Origin: Malacoraja senta
Lineage: Eukaryota
DNA length: 64,000 nucleotides
NCBI GenBank assembly: GCA_038087875.1
Contig: JAXLNO010000050.1
Span: forward strand, 62,001-126,000
Reading direction: 5' to 3'
Within the stretch, counting starts at the first letter, position 1; the number at the start of each line of letters is the position of its first letter. The notes beneath the pieces were generated by a model. The model saw only the letters and a list, made by a program, of their open reading frames with translations. It was not told the DNA's origin and did no database searches. Shown here piece after piece: positions 1 through 12,648 of the stretch. Position numbers and translations under genes: made by a program.

Positions 1-750
1 TTCCTAAGGGACCGTGTTAGGAACCTGGAGCAGCAGCTCGATGACCTCTGTCTGATCAGGGAGAGTGAGGTCATAGAAAAGAGTTATAGGGAGGTGGCCA
101 CTCCAAGACCACGCGAGGCAGACAAGTGGGTCACGGTTAGGAAGGGCAAGCGGCAGAGGCAGGGACTAGTGAGTACCCCGGTGGCTGTACACCTTGAAAA
201 TAAGTACTCCCGTTTGAGTACTGTTGACGGGGACAGCCTTCCTGCGGGTAGCAACAGCGGCCGGGCCTCCGGCACAGAGACCAGCCCTATTGCTCAGAAC
301 GGTAGGGAAAAGAAGAGGAGGGCAATTGTAATAGGGGACTCTATGGTTAGGGGGTCGGATAGGCGATTCTGTGGACGCAGTCAGGAGACCCGAATGGTAG
401 TTTGCCTCCCTGGTGCCAGGGTCAGGGATGTGTCTGAACGCGTCCAAGATATTCTGAAATCGGAGGGAGAGGAGCCTGAGGTTGTAGTACATATAGGTAC
501 CAATGACATAGGTAGAAAAAGAGAAGAGGTCTTGAAAGGAGAATTTAGGGAGTTGGGAGGTGAGTTAAGGAGAAGGTCTACAAAGGTAACAATCTCAGGA
601 TTACTACCTGTGCCACGTGACGGTGAGAGTAGGAATGGAGTGAGGTGGAGGATAAATGCGTGGCTGAGGAACTGGTGCAGCGGGCAGGGATTCAAATTTC
701 TGGATCATTGGTTTTGGGGAAGGAGTGACCTGTACAGAAAGGACGGGTTG
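1..750 (+). mobile_element. CR1 LINE ORF1 (coiled coil + SGNH/GDSL esterase domain), begins upstream of the window
   Basis: Frame is open from base 1 (FLRDRVRNLEQQLDDL...). SGNH motifs IVIGDSMV, CLPGA, VVHIGTND and RKDGLHL are present, as in esterase-type CR1 ORF1. Confidence 0.9.
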
Positions 751-1578
751 CATCTCGGCAGGACAAATCAAAATAGGACGTACACGGTAAATGGTAGCGA
801 ATTGAGGAATGCAGTTGAACAGAGGGATCTAGGAATAACTGTGCATAGTTCCCTGAAGGTGGAATCTCATGTAGATAGGGTGGTAAAGAAAGCTTTTGGT
901 GTGCTGGCCTTTATAAATCAGAGCATTGAATATAGAAGTTGGGAAGTAATGTTAAAATTGTACAAGGCATTGGTGAGGCCAATTCTGGAGTATGGAGTAC
1001 AATTTTGGTCGCCTAATTATAGGAAGGATGTCAACAAAATAGAGAGAGTACAGAGGAGATTTACTGGAATGTTGCCTGGGTTTCAGCAACTAAGTTACAG
1101 AGAAAGGTTGAACAAGTTAGGTCTTTATTCTTTGGAGCGCAGAAGGTTAAGAGGGGACTTGATAGAGGTCTTTAAACTTATGAGCGGGTTAGACAGAGTG
1201 GACGTGGATAAGCTTTTCCCATTGAGAGTAGGGAAGGTTCAAACAAGGGGACATGACTTGAGAATTAAGGGACAGAAGTTTAGGGGGAACATTAGGGGGA
1301 ACTTCTTTACTCAGAGAGTGGTAGCTGTGTGGAATGAGCTTCCAGTGGAAGTGGTGGAGGCAGGTTCGATGTTATCCTTTAAAAATAGATTGGATGGGTA
1401 TATGGACGGGAAAGGAATGGAGGGTTATGGTCTGAGTGCAGGTAGATGGGACTAGGGGGGAAGTATTTATTTTTAATAAAAAAAAAAAAAAAATTAAAAA
1501 CATGTTCGGCACGGACTTGAAGGGCCGAGATGGCCTGTTTCCGTGCTGTTATGGTTATATGGTTATATGGTTATATGG
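751..1578 (+). mobile_element. CR1 ORF2 C-terminal part and 3' UTR, fused in frame to ORF1
   Basis: Near-identical to 3941-4767. Encodes RDLGITV...LEYGVQFWSP...ERRRLRGDLIEVFK...FFTQRVV. Ends in a (GGTTATAT)n tail. Confidence 0.92.
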
Positions 1579-2189
1579 CTCTTAGGGCTAACAGAATCAA
1601 GGGATATGGGGAGATAGCAGGAATGGGGTATTGATTTTGGATGATCAGCCAAGATCATATTGAAAGGCGATGCTGGCTCGAAGGGCCGAATGGCCTACTC
1701 CTGCACCTATTTTCTATGTTTCTACATCATGGTGAGTCCAGCACTCGTTGATGTCTGGTCCTGAAGAAGAGTCTCGCTGAGTTACTCCAGCACTCTGTTC
1801 CTTCATGTTCTGGCTGGGGTGTCTTGCTTACATGAAAGAGCTACATTGCCAATGCACACAAGCTCCAACTTTGCTGTCGACATGAAACTGTTGATAGTTC
1901 AAGAAATGAAATACGTTGATGGAACCCGAGTGATGGACAAGATAATGCTTCACAGGAGAAAGTTAAATCTGCATTGAATTAAACCCCACTTGTAGAAACT
2001 AAACTAAAGGAAGATGTTTCCAAAAGTTATGAGTTTGATTCTATTACTCCAGTAGTGAAGGGCAGGTGCGGGAGAGTCTACGACAATTACACCCCTTCAT
2101 TTGATCAACACAGGGGACAAGGGGTTGGCTTAATCTACTTATATCTGTCAAGAAATAAAAGGCAAACAATATTAAATCTCATGTGTTTT

Positions 2190-2455
2190 CGCTTTGAGAT
2201 ACAGTGTGGCAACGGGCCCTTTGGCCCACCGAGTCCACGCAGACCAGTATTCACCTGTACACCCGCACTATCCTACACACTGGGGACTTTTTACCAAAGC
2301 CAATTAACCTACAAACCTGCACGTCTTTGGTGTGCGGGAGGAAACCGGAGCACCCGTAGAAAACCCACGCGGGTCACGGGGAGAACGTACAAACTCTGTA
2401 CAGACAGCACCCGGGTCTCCGGCGCTCTGAGGCAGCAACTCTAATGCTGAGCCAC
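2190..2455 (-). mobile_element. HE1-like tRNA-derived V-SINE (duplicated copies at ~5378-5643 and ~20560-20827)
   Basis: Reverse strand shows a tRNA-like head, the V-domain-like GAGTTTGTACGTTCTCCCCGTG...GGTTTCCTCCC and a CR1-like 3' tail. Confidence 0.8.
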
Positions 2456-2704
2456 ACTACCTTGTTGGGGAAAAATACTTAAAAAGCAGCAGAATATTTT
2501 TGACATTTACCAAATGAGAGTTGTCCATAGTCAAAGTGTGTGTAGTTTGTTCCTGGCACAAAAATACTTCTGCTTTATCAGTTTCACACTTAACTCTATA
2601 AACCTAAAGACTCCATTGTTGGAATGCAATTCAATATTTGACAAATCTGAACACCTTAACAGACAGATATAAAGCACACAGAGGGATTACTGGAGTACAT
2701 TTTC

Positions 2705-4767
2705 GGTTGAAAGGAAATAGTAAAAAATGGAAAGAGCCATGGTTTTCAAGGGAAATTGGACACGGTTCGGAAAAAGAGAGAGATCTACAATAATTATAGG
2801 CAGCATGGAGTAAATGAGGTGCTTGAGGAGTATAAAGAATGTAAAAAGAATATTAAGAAAGAAATTAGAAAAGCTAAAAGAAGATATGAGGTTGCTTTGG
2901 CAAGTAAGGTGAAAGTAAATCCAAAGGGTTTCTACAGCTATATTAATAGCAAAAGGATAACAAGGAATAAAATCAGAGTGGACAGCTATCTGCAGAGCCA
3001 AAAGAGATGGGGGAGATATTGAACAATTTCATTCACGAAGGAGAAGGATATGGAATTATGTGAGGTAAGGGAAACGAGCAGAGTAGCAATGGAAACTGTG
3101 AGATTCAAAGAAGAGGAGGTGCGGACACTTTTGAAAAATATGAAAACGGATAAGTCTCCAGGTCCTGACAGGATATTCCCTAGGACATTGAGGGAAGTTA
3201 GTGTAGAAATAGCAGGGGCTATGACAGAAATATTTCAAATGTCATTAGAAACGGGAATAGTGCCGGAGGATTGGCGTACTGCGCATGTTGTTCCGTTGTT
3301 TAAAAAGGGTTCGAAGAGTAAACCTAGCAATTATAGACCTGTTAGTTTGACGTCAGAGGTGGGCAAATTAATGGAAAGGATACTTAAAGATAATATATAT
3401 AAGCATCTGGATAAGCAGGGTCTGATTAGGAACAGTCAACATGGATTTGTCCCTGGAAGGTCATGCTTGACTAATCTTCTTGAATTTTTCGAAGAGGTTA
3501 CTAGGGAAATTGATGAGGGTAAAGCAGTGGATGTTGTCTATATGGACTTCAGTAAGGCCTTTGACAAGGTTCCTCATGGAAGGTTGGTTAAGAAGATTCA
3601 ATTGTTGGGTATTAATGGTGGAGTAGCAAGATGGATACAACAGTGGCTGAATGGGAGATGCCAGAGAGTAATGGTGGATGGCTGTTTGTCAGGTTGGAGG
3701 CCGGTGACTAGTGGGGTGCCTCAGGGGTCTGTGTTGGGTCCACTGTTGTTTGTCATGTACATCAATGATCTGGATGAAGGTGTGGAAAATTGGATTAGTA
3801 AGTATGCAGATGATACTAAGATAGGTGGTGTTGTCGATAATGAAGTAGATTTTCAAAGTCTACAGAGAGATTTAGGCCATTTGGAAGAGTGGGCTGAAAG
3901 ATGGCAGATGGAGTTTAATGCTGACAAATGTGAGGTGCTACATCTCGGCAGGACAAATCAAAATAGGACGTACACGGTAAATGGTAGCGAATTGAGGAAT
4001 GCAGTTGAACAGAGGGATCTAGGAATAACTGTGCATAGTTCCCTGAAGGTGGAATCTCATGTAGATAGGGTGGTAAAGAAAGCTTTTGGTGTGCTGGCCT
4101 TTATAAATCAGAGCATTGAATATAGATGTTGGGAAGTAATGTTAAAATTGTACAAGGCATTGGTGAGGCCAATTCTGGAGTATGGAGTACAATTTTGGTC
4201 GCCTAATTATAGGAAGGATGTCAACAAAATAGAGAGAGTACAGAGGAGATTTACTAGAATGTTGCCTGGGTTTCAGCAACTAAGTTACAGAGAAAGGTTG
4301 AACAAGTTAGGTCTTTATTCTTTGGAGCGCAGAAGGTTAAGAGGGGACTTGATAGAGGTCTTTAAACTTATGAGCGGGTTAGACAGAGTGGACGTGGATA
4401 AGCTTTTCCCATTGAGAGTAGGGAAGGTTCAAACAAGGGGACATGACTTGAGAATTAAGGGACAGAAGTTTAGGGGGAACATTAGGGGGAACTTCTTTAC
4501 TCAGAGAGTGGTAGCTGTGTGGAATGAGCTTCCAGTGGAAGTGGTGGAGGCAGGTTCGATGTTATCCTTTAAAAATAGATTGGATGGGTATATGGACGGG
4601 AAAGGAATGGAGGGTTATGGTCTGAGTGCAGGTAGATGGGACTAGGGGGAAGTATTTATTTTTAATTAAAAAAAAAAAAAAAAAAAAAAATGTTCGGCAC
4701 GGACTTGAAGGGCCGAGATGGCCTGTTTCCGTGCTGTTATGGTTATATGGTTATATGGTTATATGGC
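2705..4767 (+). mobile_element. CR1 LINE ORF2 (reverse transcriptase, endonuclease missing) with 3' UTR and octamer tail
   Basis: ORF 3050-4645 has RT motifs NYRPVSLT, QHGF, YMDFSKAFD, GVPQGSVLGP and KYADD. Upstream piece 2705-3022 is frameshifted ORF2. Tail is (GGTTATAT)n. Confidence 0.95.
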
Positions 4768-6079
4768 TCTTAGGGCTAACAGAATCAAGGGATATGGGGA
4801 GATAGCAGGAATGGGGTATTGATTTTGGATGATCAGCCAAGATCATATTGAAAGGCGATGCTGGCTCGAAGGGCCGAATGGCCTACTCCTGCACCTATTT
4901 TCTATGTTTATACATCATGGTGAGTCCAGCACTCGTTGATGTCTGGTCCTGAAGAAGAGTCTCGCTGAGTTACTCCGGCACTCTGTTCCTTCATGGTCTG
5001 GCTGGGGTGTCTTGCTTACATGAAAGAGCTACATTGCCAATGCACACAAGCTCCAACTTTGCTGTCGACATGAAACTGCTGATAGTTCAAGAAATGAAAT
5101 ACGTTGATGAAACCCGAGTGATGGACAAGATAATGCTTCACAGGAGAAAGTTAAATCTGCATTGAATTAAACCCCACTTGTAGAAACTAAACTAAAGGAA
5201 GATGTTTCCAAAAGTTATGAGTTTGATTCTATTACTCCAGAAGTGAAGGGCAGGTGCGGGAGAGTCTACGACAATTACACCCCTTCATTTGATCAACACA
5301 GGGGACAAGGGGTTGGCTTAATCTACTTATATCTGTCAAGAAATAAAAGTCAAACAATATTAAATCTCATGTGTTTTCGCTTTGAGATACAGTGTGGCAA
5401 CGGGCCCTTTGGCCCACCGAGTCCACGCAGACCAGTATTCCCCTGTACACCCGCACTATCCTACACACTGGGGACTTTTTACCAAAGCCAATTAACCTAC
5501 AAACCTGCACGTCTTTGGTGTGCGGGAGGAAACCGGAGCACCGGTAGAAAACCCACGCGGGTCACGGGGAGAACGTACAAACTCTGTACAGACAGCACCC
5601 GGGTCTCCGGCGCTCTGAGGCAGCAATTCTAATGCTGAGCCACACTACCTTGTTGGGGAAAAATACTTAAAAAGCAGCAGAATATTTTTGACATTTACCA
5701 AATGAGAGTTGTCCATAGTCAAAGTGTGTGTAGTTTGTTCCTGGCACAAAAATACTTCTGCTTTATCAGTTTCACACTTAACTCTATAAACCTAAAGACT
5801 CCATTGTTGGAATGCAATTCAATATTTGACAAATCTGAACACCTTAACAGACAGATATAAAGCACACAGAGGGATTACTGGAGTACATTTTCCCTTTGTA
5901 GTCCCTGAGAAATCAGTGGCAGTGGCAGAGGGTTGTTCTGATGTTCTAAGCCATGCCAATCCAGATATGATTGAATGACGGAGAGGACTTGATGTGCCAA
6001 ATGGAGAAGGAACATCTCATTGGGTTTTGAAGTTTGCAGAGGGCTAACATACAACTGCCTTAGCATCAAGTGAATTGAT

Positions 6080-6375
6080 CGGCATGGTGGCGCAGCGATA
6101 GACTAAGAGTTGCTGCCTTACAGTGCCAGAGACCCGGGTTCGATCCTGACTACGCGTGCTTGTAGTTTGTACGTTCTCTCTGTGACCAGCGTGGGTTTCC
6201 TTCGGGTGCTCTGGTTTCCTCCCACATTCTAGAGATGTGCCGGTTTGTAGGTTAATTGATATCTGTAATTTGCCCCTAGTGTGAGGAATATAGTACTAGT
6301 GTACGGGTGATCGTTCGTTGGCGTGGACTCGGTGGGAAGAAGGGCCTGTTTTCACACCATCTCTCTAAAACAAAC
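6080..6375 (+). mobile_element. HE1-like V-SINE
   Basis: Head GGCATGGTGGCGCAGCG...CCCGGGTTCGATCC (pol III A/B-box-like), V domain, CR1-like tail GAAGGGCCTGTTT...CTAAAAC. Confidence 0.85.
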
Positions 6376-6504
6376 TATTTGCGTTACCTCGTTGATCTCA
6401 GTTTAACATTGCTTGTGAAAGTCAGCAAAGTGCAAGATTCTTTCTATAGCCCTCAGACCAGTGAGCCCATGTGCTCATATCTTAACCAGACAGTCAGAAC
6501 CTTT

Positions 6505-6815
6505 TTTAGTTTAGTTTAGAGATACAGCACAGAATCAGGCCCTTCAGCCCACCGAGTCCATGTCAACCAGCGATACCCATGCATTAAACTACCCCGCACA
6601 CACTAGGGACAATTTACATTTATACCAAATTAACCTGCAATCCTGCACGTCTTTGGATTGTGGGATGAAACTGAAGATCTCGGAAAAAACCCTACGCGGG
6701 TCAAGGGGAAAACATACAAATCTGTACTGACAGCACCTGTAGTCAGGATCGAACCCGATCTCTGGCACTGCAAGCAGTGTAAGCCAGGAACTCTACTGCT
6801 GCGTCACCGTGCCCG
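6505..6815 (-). mobile_element. HE1-like V-SINE
   Basis: Reverse complement of the same consensus, with tail TTTAGTTTAGTTTAG on the + strand. Confidence 0.8.
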
Positions 6816-6834
6816 CCCCTTTTCCCCAGGACAG

Positions 6835-7110
6835 AGATAGAATACTAGGGGGCATAGCTTTAACGAGAGTGGAGCAAAGTTTAAAGATGTGTTGAGCAAG
6901 TTATAAGAGGTTAGAGTGCACCTTGAGTGTGTTGCCAGGGGTGGTGGAGGTAGATACAACAGTGGCATTTAACAGGTTTTTGGATAGGCAGGGAATGGAG
7001 GCATAATGATAATGTGCAGACAGATAAGAGTTGGCAGTGGTGTCACGTTTAGCACAGGCATTGTGGGCCGAAGGGCCTGTTCCTGTGTTGTGCTGTTCTA
7101 TGTTCTATAC
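6835..7110 (+). mobile_element. Old CR1 3' fragment
   Basis: Degenerate TRGH...VVE coding remnant followed by GGGCCGAAGGGCCTGTT...(TTCTATG)n. Confidence 0.7.
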
Positions 7111-7189
7111 CTCAGGTTACCAATCTTTAACTTTAACAAAGTGTTTAGTGGGGAAGGGAATGAGATGAGTTAAGACAAGCTGATTTAAA

Positions 7190-7470
7190 CTTTGGGGATA
7201 TAGCTCGGAAACAGGCCCTTCGCTCACCGAGACCAGCGATCACCCCGTACACTAGCACTACCCTACACACTAGGGACAATTTACAAATTTTCCAAAGCCA
7301 ATTAACCTAGAAAACCTGCAGGTCTGTGGAGTGTGGGAGGAAACCGGAGCACCCGGAGAAAACCCACGGTGTCACAGGGAGAACGTACAGGCAGCATCCC
7401 CAGTCAGGATTGATCCCGGGTCTCTGGCGCTGTAAGGCAGCAACTCCACCGCTGCGCCACCGTGCCACCC
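7190..7470 (-). mobile_element. HE1-like V-SINE
   Basis: Same consensus in reverse, ending CCGCTGCGCCACCGTGCC. Confidence 0.8.
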
Positions 7471-8310
7471 AAATAGTTGCACATCAGATTAGACACGTTA
7501 GGAAGAAGAACGTGTACAACATTGTAGATTCAATTGCGGAGTTCGATTACTTCAGGCATATATAAATGCTTAGACACAGCTGTTCTTGTAACAGATTGGT
7601 AAAAGGAACCCTAAGAAGGAAAAATAATAATTCACTCCTCCTGCCACCATTATCCTTGGCAAGTAGGATAGGAGGCACTGGTCAGTGGGGCCGAATGGCC
7701 CGATTTGCACAAACTAAATGGAGCAGTTTACTGGGGTCACCAAATCCACAAAGTGTCTCGATCCGAAAACTCATTCATTCCTTCTCTCCAGAGATGCTGC
7801 CTGTCCCGCTGAGTTACTCCAGAACTTTGTGTATATCTCTGGTGTAAACCAGCATCTGCAGTTCCTTCCTACACATTTTGAATGTGGTTTGAATGTTTAC
7901 CTCATGCATTCCAAAAGATTTGAGGCAGACATTACTGCTTCAGTTCGAGCAGAGAGTTCAGTTTCTGCTTGGCACGACCAAAAACCAGAAGGTATTTTCT
8001 CTAAATATCTCACCCAGCTAGATTTTAAAATAAGCCTGCATTATTCAATGTGGTTTAAGTGGAAAACTACAATTCTGAACTAGGATTAATCCTGTATTAG
8101 TCACTAATGGCTGCATGCTACACTTGGGAGTTTTGTCTTCTTAAAAACATCTGTCACTTACACAGAAACTTTGAGTGTAACTACTTGGGGATTTTCACTG
8201 AACCTTGGCTTACAGCACAAGACCCTGTCTTGAGCATAACTCTTGGATTTAAACAAGCACATGACACAATTTCCCCTGCAACCACAGGAGATGGAACACC
8301 TGTCCCTACA

Positions 8311-10390
8311 CAATAGACAATAGACAATAGGTGCAGGAGTAGGCCATTCCTGCCCTCCCCATATCGCCTGACAACGCTATCTTTAAGAGCCCTATCTAGC
8401 TCTCTCTTGAAAGTATCCAGAGAACCGGACTCCACCGCCCGCTGAGGCATAGAATTCCACAGACTCACAACTCACTGTGAGAAAAAGTGTTTCCTCATCT
8501 CCGTTCTAAATGGCTTACCCCTTATTCCTAAACTGTGGCCCCTGGATCTGGACTCCCCCATCTCTCATCCTTCTAAACTCCAGAGTGTACAAGCCCAGCT
8601 GCTCCATTCTCTCAGCACATGACAGTCCCACCATCCCGGGAATTAACCTTGTAAACCTACGCTGCACTCTCGATAGCAGAATGTCCTTCCTCAAATTAGG
8701 GTACCAAAACTGTACACAATACTCCAGATGTTGTCTGACTAGGGCCCTGTACAACAGCAGAAGGAACTCTTTGCTCCTATACTCAACTCCTCTTGTTATG
8801 AACGCCAACATGCCATTCGCTTTCGTCACTGCCTGCTGTACCTGCATGCTTACTTTCACAGATGAACAAGGGCCCCCAGATCCCTTTGTACTTCCCCTTT
8901 TCCCCACTTGACATCATTTAGATAGTAATCTGCCTTCCTGTTATTGATACCAAGTCACCTTGCATTCTCATAGCATCATCCTCACAGTTCACACTGCCAC
9001 CCAGCTTTGTGTCATCTGCAAATTTGCTAATGTTACTTTGAATTCCTTCATCCAAATCATTGATCTATATTGGAAATAGCTGTGGTCCCAGCACCAAGCC
9101 TTGCGGTACCGCACTAGTCACCGTTAATCCCTACTCTTTGTTTCCTGTCTGCCAACCAATTTTCTATCCATGTCAGCACTCTACCCCCAATACCATGTGC
9201 CCTAATTTTGCCCACTAATCTCCTATGTGGGACCATATCAAATGCTTTCTGAAATTCCAGGTACACTATATCCTCTAGCTGCCCATTGTCCATTTTCCAA
9301 GTTAGATCCTCAATAAATTCCAGAAGATTAGTCAAGCATGATTTCCCCTTCGTAAATCCAAGCTGACTCGGACCGATCCTGTTACTGCTATCCAAATGTA
9401 CTGCTATTTCATCTTTCAATAATTGACCAGCATCTTTCCCACCACCGATGTCAGGCTAACTGATCTATAATTCCCTGTTTTCTCTCTCCCGCCTTAAAAA
9501 GTGGAATAACATTAGCTACCCTCCAATCCAGAGGAACTGATCCTGAATCTATAGAACATTGGAAAATGATCACCAATGCGTCCATGATTTCTAGACCCAT
9601 TTTCCTTAAGTACCCTGGGATGCAGGGTACTGGGGATTTATCAGCCTTCAGACCCATCAGTCTACCCAACACCATTTCCTGCCTAATGTGAATTTCCTTC
9701 AGTTCCTCCATCACCCCAGATCCTTTGGCCACTAGTACATTAGGAAGATTGTTTGTGTCCTTAGTGAAGACGGATCCAAAGTACCTGTTCAACCCATCTG
9801 CCATTTCCTTGTTCCCCATAATAAATTCACCCTTTTCAGTCTTCAAGGGTCCTACTTTGGTCTTAACTACATTCTTCCTCTTCACAAACCTAAAGAAGTT
9901 TTACTATCCTCCTTTATATTCTTGGCTAGCTTACCTTCGTACCTCATCTTTTCTCCCCGTATTGTCTTTTTAGTTATCTTCTTCTAAACATTACCCAATC
10001 CTCTTGCTTCCCGCCTATCTTTGCTACGTTGTACTTCTCTTTTATTTTTATACTGTCCCTGACGTCCCTTGTCAGCCACGATCGCCTCTTACTCCCCTTG
10101 GAATCTTTTTGGGAATGAACTGATCCTGTACCTTCTGTATTATTCCTAGAAATACCTGCCATTGTTGTTCCACTGTCATCCCTGCTATGGTATCTTTCCA
10201 GTCAACTTTGGCCAGCTCCTCCCTCATGGCTCCACAGTGCCCTTTATTCATCTGTAACACTGACACCTCGAATTTACCCGTCTCCCTCTCCAATTGTAGA
10301 TTAAACTTGACAATATTATGGCTCCTTCACCTCAAGTTCCTTTATCAAATCTGGTTCATTACATAATACTAAATCCAGAATTGCCTTCTC
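8311..10390 (-). mobile_element. Degenerate CR1 LINE (endonuclease end + RT), multiple frameshifts and deletions
   Basis: Minus-strand ORF pieces DWRVANVIPLFK, GFTKGKSCLTNLLEF, LEYCVQFW. (CAATAGA)n tail at 8311-8330. Confidence 0.9.
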
Positions 10391-10912
10391 CAACCTGAAC
10401 CAACCTGTTCTCCCGGTTGCAGGACACTTTAATTCTCCTTCCCATTCCCACACAGACCTTTCAGTCTTCAGTCTCCTCCATTGTCAGAGTGAGTGAAGCT
10501 AAACACAAATTGGAGGAACAGCATTTCATATTTTTCTTGGCAGCTTACAGCCCAGTGATACGAATCTTGATTTCTCCCACATCAGGTAGCCCCGGCATTC
10601 CCTCTCTCTCTGTATCCCTCCCCACCCATGTCGCACCAGCTTCTCATTTTCACCCTACAAACAGCTTACAATGGCCTGTTTCCTTTATCATCCACTTTTT
10701 TACATAGCTTTCATTCATTGTACTTTTAAACAACTTTTACATCACCGTCTATATCTCCTGTTTCCTTTATCCCTAACCAGTCTGAAGAAAGGTCTCAACC
10801 CGAAACGTCACCCATTCCTTCTCTCCAGAGATGCTTCCTCTCCTGCTGAGTTATTCCAGCTTTTTTGTGTCTATCTTCAGTTTAAACAGCATCTGTAGTT
10901 CCTTCTTACACA
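10391..10912 (+). mobile_element. Penelope-like element 3' fragment (GIY-YIG C-terminus + 3' module with hammerhead-like core at 10782-10809)
   Basis: Encodes PVAGHFNSPSHSHTDL...KLEEQH, homologous to 46230-46470, followed by CTGAAGA...GAAACGTC. Confidence 0.8.
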
Positions 10913-11261
10913 ACAAACAACCTGTTAGTCTGTTTGGTTAAGCTGTTACTTAAGCTAATTAGAAACTCCTGCTCCATAATGAATCATATTTTAAAGAATA
11001 TTTACACACAGAAGAGAATTCATGGCTCAGTGCTTTGCACAGAGTGAAGGGAATTTCATCAACCTTTAGGGGTAAAAACACAGCGATTATCCCATCGATC
11101 TCCGAATGTTGTACCTAGTGTGTTACTCTCAGAAATCCTAGACATCGCACAACAGGGATAATGAAACCTGGGTAGACATACACAATTTTAATCTTGTATT
11201 TTAAACAGATGGGCTGAAAGGCCTGTTTCCTTGCTGTATAACTATGATTCCAATTCCCACA

Positions 11262-11757
11262 TAGGGTTGCCAACTGTCCCGTATTAGCCGGGACATCCCG
11301 GATTTTGGGCAAAATTGGTTTGTCCCATAAGGTACCACCCTTGTCCCATATTTGACTGCCACTACTCGGGTCGAGGGGACTGTCAGTTTGGAGCGCCGCG
11401 TCACCCAGCCCCAACGTAGTGCAGCCCCTGGAGTGCAGCAGCAGCACCTCGCCCGTGGCCACGTCGGTCTGCAGCCCGGCCAGCTGACCGTCCTTCGAAC
11501 CTTCGCTTACCACCGACACCACCACCCCTCCTTCTCATGGCCGATCATCGGTTCATGAGTTGGATAAGGTGCCGGACTTTGCGCGCAATGTAGTTTGGGC
11601 TAAAACTCCTCAGCTGGCGCGCCGGCTGGGCTTTGTGTGCAGTCCAGCACCTTATCGTTCACCAAACCACGGCCGAGTCGGTCAACGAATTGCACTCGGG
11701 AATTTGTCCCGTATTTTGACTTTTTGTCCCTTATTTGGGTGTGGGAAAGTTGGCAAT
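11262..11757. mobile_element. Non-autonomous hAT-type MITE (right end clipped); second copy at 21269-21750
   Basis: TIR TAGGGTTGCCAAC...GTTGGYAACCCTG. The 8-bp sequence TTCCCACA lies left of this copy (11254-11261) and right of the second copy (21751-21758); 8-bp TSDs are typical of hAT. Confidence 0.8.
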
Positions 11758-11974
11758 GTTTTATGAATGTTGCCAGATCAATTTCCCTCCTTGGATAGAT
11801 AAAGTTCTATCGTATCGTAATCAGTATTTAATTGTTCATTTTGTGAGATATGACAATAAACACTCTTGACTCTTGACAGGTACATGGATAGGATAGGTAT
11901 GGTGAGATATGGAGCAAATGCAGGCAGGAGGAACTAGTGTAGATGGAGCATCTTGGTCAATGTGGGCAAGACAA

Positions 11975-12257
11975 AATGTGCAGGAACAGCAGATGCTGGT
12001 TTACATTGAAGATAGACACAAAATACTGGAGAAACTCAGCGGGACAGGCAGATTACAACTCAGCGATATGAATATTGATTTCTCCAACTTCAAGTAACCC
12101 TTGCGTTCCCTCTCTCTCCATCCCTCCCCCACCCTAGTTCTCCCACTAGCTTCACTGTCCTGTCCTATCCATGTTCTCCAGAGATGCTGCCTGACCCGCT
12201 GAGTTACTCCAGCACTCTGTGAAACGTCACCTATCCATGTTCTCCAGAGATGCTCCC
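11975..12257. mobile_element. Rearranged Penelope-derived 3' modules (inverted plus tandem)
   Basis: Reverse module at 11975-12050, then SDMNIDFSNFK coding remnant and a repeated CCTATCCATGTTCTCCAGAGATGCT. Confidence 0.65.
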
Positions 12258-12648
12258 TAACATTTGTCGTTTCACATTGGGACCCTTCCGGTTTGAGTGG
12301 GCCAGTGGAGTAGAGAAGCCAAGACAGCTGTTGCACCAACAGTGGATATAAAAAGGTCCAGAGAGGGTAGAAGGCTGGGTAGGGGATAGATGGGGGAATG
12401 TTGGAGATTGGTGACCAGGATTGTCACTGGATGGATAGGATTCTCTCCCATAAAGAAAAGCTGAGAGGTGGCGTCATGTTAGACTAACAGACGTGCACCC
12501 AGCTCTCCCGAAAAACTTCACGATTTATCGTGTAAAACGGGTCCGAAATCGGGATTGTTTTTAAAAACCTTACCGGAGCTTCTGGTTACCGCGCTGATGA
12601 CGTCATCGTTAAACGCGATGTTTTAAACGGTGGTTTGAAGCCCTTTAA

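Larger units (their letters stand above)
751..2704 (+). repeat. Copy 1 of a ~1.95-kb near-identical direct duplication (copy 2 = 3941-5892)
   Basis: Identity runs from CATCTCGGCAGG (751/3941) to GGAGTACATTTTC (2704/5892), with roughly a dozen scattered differences by eye. Confidence 0.95.

Noticed and set aside
2055..2444. 129-aa ORF present twice
   Set aside because: Mostly antisense SINE inside the recent duplication; the third copy has a stop (TAG at ~20511).
6080..6155. tRNA gene
   Set aside because: A tRNA-derived SINE head continuing into a V domain and LINE tail; no complete cloverleaf.
7918..7991. Plus-strand exon candidate LRQTLLLQFEQRVQFLLGTTKNQK
   Set aside because: Weak acceptor and donor, no recognisable homology, cannot be linked to other exons.
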